In this document: positions 61,788 to 63,314 of the stretch, piece after piece
How positions within the stretch are numbered: position 1 is the first letter of the stretch
How the letters are laid out: every line of letters starts with the position of its first letter
Virus record (IMG/VR): IMGVR_UViG_3300029536_000008
Location: 1 to 63,314 of that record
From: a virus
Direction: 5' to 3' (one strand)
DNA length: 63,314 nt
The notes under the pieces: generated by a model
The model's input: only the letters and a program-made list of their open reading frames with translations
Told to the model about the DNA's origin: nothing
Database searches by the model: none
Translations under genes and position numbers: made by a program

Positions 61788-63314
61788 ATGGAAATGAAGA
61801 AAAGCGAATTGACACACGGCTCTCTGTTCAGCGGCATCGGTGGCCCGGAAATAGCTGCCGAGATAATGGGCTGGAAAAACGTGTTCCATTGTGAAATAAA
61901 CCCGTTCGGGAGAAAAATACTTGATTATTGGTTTCCAAACAGCAAAAGTTATGAAGACATCACGAAAACAGATTTTACAGAGTGGCGGGGAAAAATCAAT
62001 GTCCTCACCGGAGGGTTCCCCTGCCAGCCTTTTTCTTGTGCCGGACAGAGAAAGGGAGCGGAAGATGACCGCTACCTCTGGCCGGAAATGCTACGAGCGA
62101 TACGGGAGATTCAGCCCGATTGGGTTGTTGGTGAAAACGTTGCTGGAATCCTCTCGATGGTACAACCCGGCAGTGAAACTGCGTTGGGACGTGAAAAATC
62201 TCTGTTCGGAGAGGTTGACCGAAAAAGAATATTGCATCGGCAGGAATACGTCGTCGAAACAGTGTGTAACGACCTTGAACGTGAAGGATATTCCGTCCAA
62301 CCGGTTGTTATTCCGGCTTGTGCCGTCGGAGCGCCGCACAGAAGGGACCGTGTCTTCTTTATTGCGAGAAGAATACAAGACAATAACAACAACATCGGGA
62401 GTGGATATACTTGTAGATTCGGAAGATTTTCCGTTTCTGAATCAATGGAAATGGAAGATAAACAATTCAGGGTATGTTTACAGAACAATCAGAGCGAAAG
62501 AAGATGGAAAGAAATGGAAGACTATCTTGATGCACAGATTGATTTGCTGTCCGAAGGAAAACGAGGAAGTGGACCATATCAACAGATGCAAAACGGACAA
62601 CAGAAAGCAAAATCTTCGGATATTAGCTCATTGGGAAAATCTTCACAATCGGAAGAAAGGTTCAGGAGTAAGGAAACCGAAGGGACGGAACAAATGGCAT
62701 GCGATAATCTATGTGAACAGGAAAAGGATTCACCTCGGATTTTTCGATACAAAAGAGGAGGCGATGAATGCAAGGTTGAATGCGGAGAGAAAATTGTTGC
62801 CCACCGTGCAGACGCAGGGGTTGAAGGTATGCAACGAAAATGGGAAGACAACATTCTATCCGGTAGAACTGCTCCCGACACCGACAGCCATAGATGGAGG
62901 AACGGGAAGAATCAACAAGTCACTATCGCCGAACGCAAAGGAACGGCCAACATTGGCACTTTCCGCGAAGATGGGACTTCTTCCTACTCCCAATGCTCGG
63001 GAAGCGGACAAATATACAAAGAAGTACAATCCGAACAGCCAAATGGGCACAGCTTTGACAGCAATGGCGGTAAACGGAATGTTGCCTACTCCAAGAGCCA
63101 ACAAAGTGAACGATATAAATCTGAACAACCTACATCTGGCACAACGGAACAAAGGGAACTTGGAAGAAGCTGTTGCGAAAATAATTCAAAATACGCCATT
63201 AGGGAATGGAAAAACTTCCCTACTCAATCCCCTGTTTGTAGCCGAGATGATGGGATTTCCACCAGATTGGACGGTATTGCCTTTTCAAAGTGGCGGCAGG
63301 AATCGATAAAGGCA
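61788..63314 (+). CDS. DNA (cytosine-5)-methyltransferase, frame-A ORF (runs off the window end and continues at 3-194)
   Basis: Absent from the ORF track because it has no stop inside the window. Manual translation: MEMKKSELTHGSLFSGIGG (motif I), LTGGFPCQPFS (IV), VVGENVAG (VI), APHRRDRVFFIA (VIII), all before 62367. Afterwards the sequence is hydrophilic and low-information until KAYGNAILPQV after the junction. Confidence 0.7.
   Translation, partial: MEMKKSELTHGSLFSGIGGPEIAAEIMGWKNVFHCEINPFGRKILDYWFPNSKSYEDITKTDFTEWRGKINVLTGGFPCQPFSCAGQRKGAEDDRYLWPEMLRAIREIQPDWVVGENVAGILSMVQPGSETALGREKSLFGEVDRKRILHRQEYVVETVCNDLEREGYSVQPVVIPACAVGAPHRRDRVFFIARRIQDNNNNIGSGYTCRFGRFSVSESMEMEDKQFRVCLQNNQSERRWKEMEDYLDAQIDLLSEGKRGSGPYQQMQNGQQKAKSSDISSLGKSSQSEERFRSKETEGTEQMACDNLCEQEKDSPRIFRYKRGGDECKVECGEKIVAHRADAGVEGMQRKWEDNILSGRTAPDTDSHRWRNGKNQQVTIAERKGTANIGTFREDGTSSYSQCSGSGQIYKEVQSEQPNGHSFDSNGGKRNVAYSKSQQSERYKSEQPTSGTTEQRELGRSCCENNSKYAIREWKNFPTQSPVCSRDDGISTRLDGIAFSKWRQESIKA
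61921..63309 (+). CDS. Frame-B ORF (+1 relative to frame A): HNH-AP2 module fused to MTase target-recognition / motif IX-like region
   Basis: ORF track 462 aa. VDSEDFPFLNQWKW...LMHRLI...VDHINRCKTDNRKQNLR (HNH), KWHAIIYVNRKRIHLGFFDTKEEAMNA (AP2), LLPTPTAIDGG / LLPTPNAREA / MLPTPRANK, NPLFVAEMMGFPPDWT. Confidence 0.65.
   Translation: MIIGFQTAKVMKTSRKQILQSGGEKSMSSPEGSPASLFLVPDRERERKMTATSGRKCYERYGRFSPIGLLVKTLLESSRWYNPAVKLRWDVKNLCSERLTEKEYCIGRNTSSKQCVTTLNVKDIPSNRLLFRLVPSERRTEGTVSSLLREEYKTITTTSGVDILVDSEDFPFLNQWKWKINNSGYVYRTIRAKEDGKKWKTILMHRLICCPKENEEVDHINRCKTDNRKQNLRILAHWENLHNRKKGSGVRKPKGRNKWHAIIYVNRKRIHLGFFDTKEEAMNARLNAERKLLPTVQTQGLKVCNENGKTTFYPVELLPTPTAIDGGTGRINKSLSPNAKERPTLALSAKMGLLPTPNAREADKYTKKYNPNSQMGTALTAMAVNGMLPTPRANKVNDINLNNLHLAQRNKGNLEEAVAKIIQNTPLGNGKTSLLNPLFVAEMMGFPPDWTVLPFQSGGRNR
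62401..62796 (+). mobile_element. HNH-AP2 homing-endonuclease-like module embedded in the MTase locus (frame B)
   Basis: Possible GTG start at 62401. HNH_3 plus AP2 domain signatures as above. Confidence 0.55.
63208..63314. repeat. Second copy of the 107-bp terminal overlap (= 1-107)
   Basis: Same 107 nt as the window start. Confidence 0.95.

Noticed and set aside
62401-62796. HNH-AP2 segment as an intein
   Set aside because: It is in a different frame from the upstream MTase motifs. It has no Cys/Ser/Thr at a plausible N-extein junction and no terminal His-Asn plus nucleophile.
61788-63314. Frame switches in the MTase as simple sequencing indels
   Set aside because: Two compensating indels would not explain why the out-of-frame stretches of both frames (about 300 and about 150 codons) are completely stop-free while the third frame has many stops. 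Resequencing is still listed as a check.

Overview
The window is a complete ~63.2-kb temperate tailed-phage genome. Bases 1-107 are identical to 63208-63314, so the contig closes into a circle or is terminally redundant. Signals point to a Bacteroidales host: TTTG / TAnnTTTG promoters, lipoprotein signal peptides, and an arm-type tyrosine integrase next to a tRNA-Gly-like attP core. Layout: (i) + strand accessory/early genes 172-8484, with HNH-derived proteins, a sigma-like protein, a truncated N6-MTase-like ORF overlapping a second tyrosine recombinase, and many small ORFs. (ii) A long - strand block 8640-44242: a GC-rich island of unknown function, two lysis modules, tail fibres, baseplate, tape measure, a moron island (lipoproteins, YafQ-type toxin/antitoxin, + strand Bro/KilAC antirepressor), head-tail genes, HK97-type capsid/protease/portal, terminase, and integrase/attP. 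(iii) An immunity switch: a double-HTH repressor at 44342-45037 and a divergent promoter followed by a 26-bp perfect hairpin. (iv) The + strand early/replication arm 45178-63314: RNase HI, Xis-like HTH, tRNA-like genes, a DGR, a Sak4-like ATPase, a PD-(D/E)XK nuclease, SSB, NinB, NinG, an SF2 helicase, a replication organiser and a C5-MTase. Three observations stand out. (1) A diversity-generating retroelement has one ~80-nt template repeat and two variable repeats at the 3' ends of two small tandem paralogous non-structural genes, and no Avd-like ORF. (2) A cytosine-5 methyltransferase locus crosses the circular junction, and two reading frames stay open over the same ~1.4 kb. Its MTase motifs are split between the frames, and an HNH-AP2 endonuclease module is embedded in it. 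(3) Two tRNA genes have canonical acceptor, D and T arms but carry 28- and 43-nt segments where the 7-nt anticodon loop should be; a third tRNA-like element and a ~390-nt structured non-coding region lie nearby. All calls come from manual reading of the sequence and ORF track; no database search was run.
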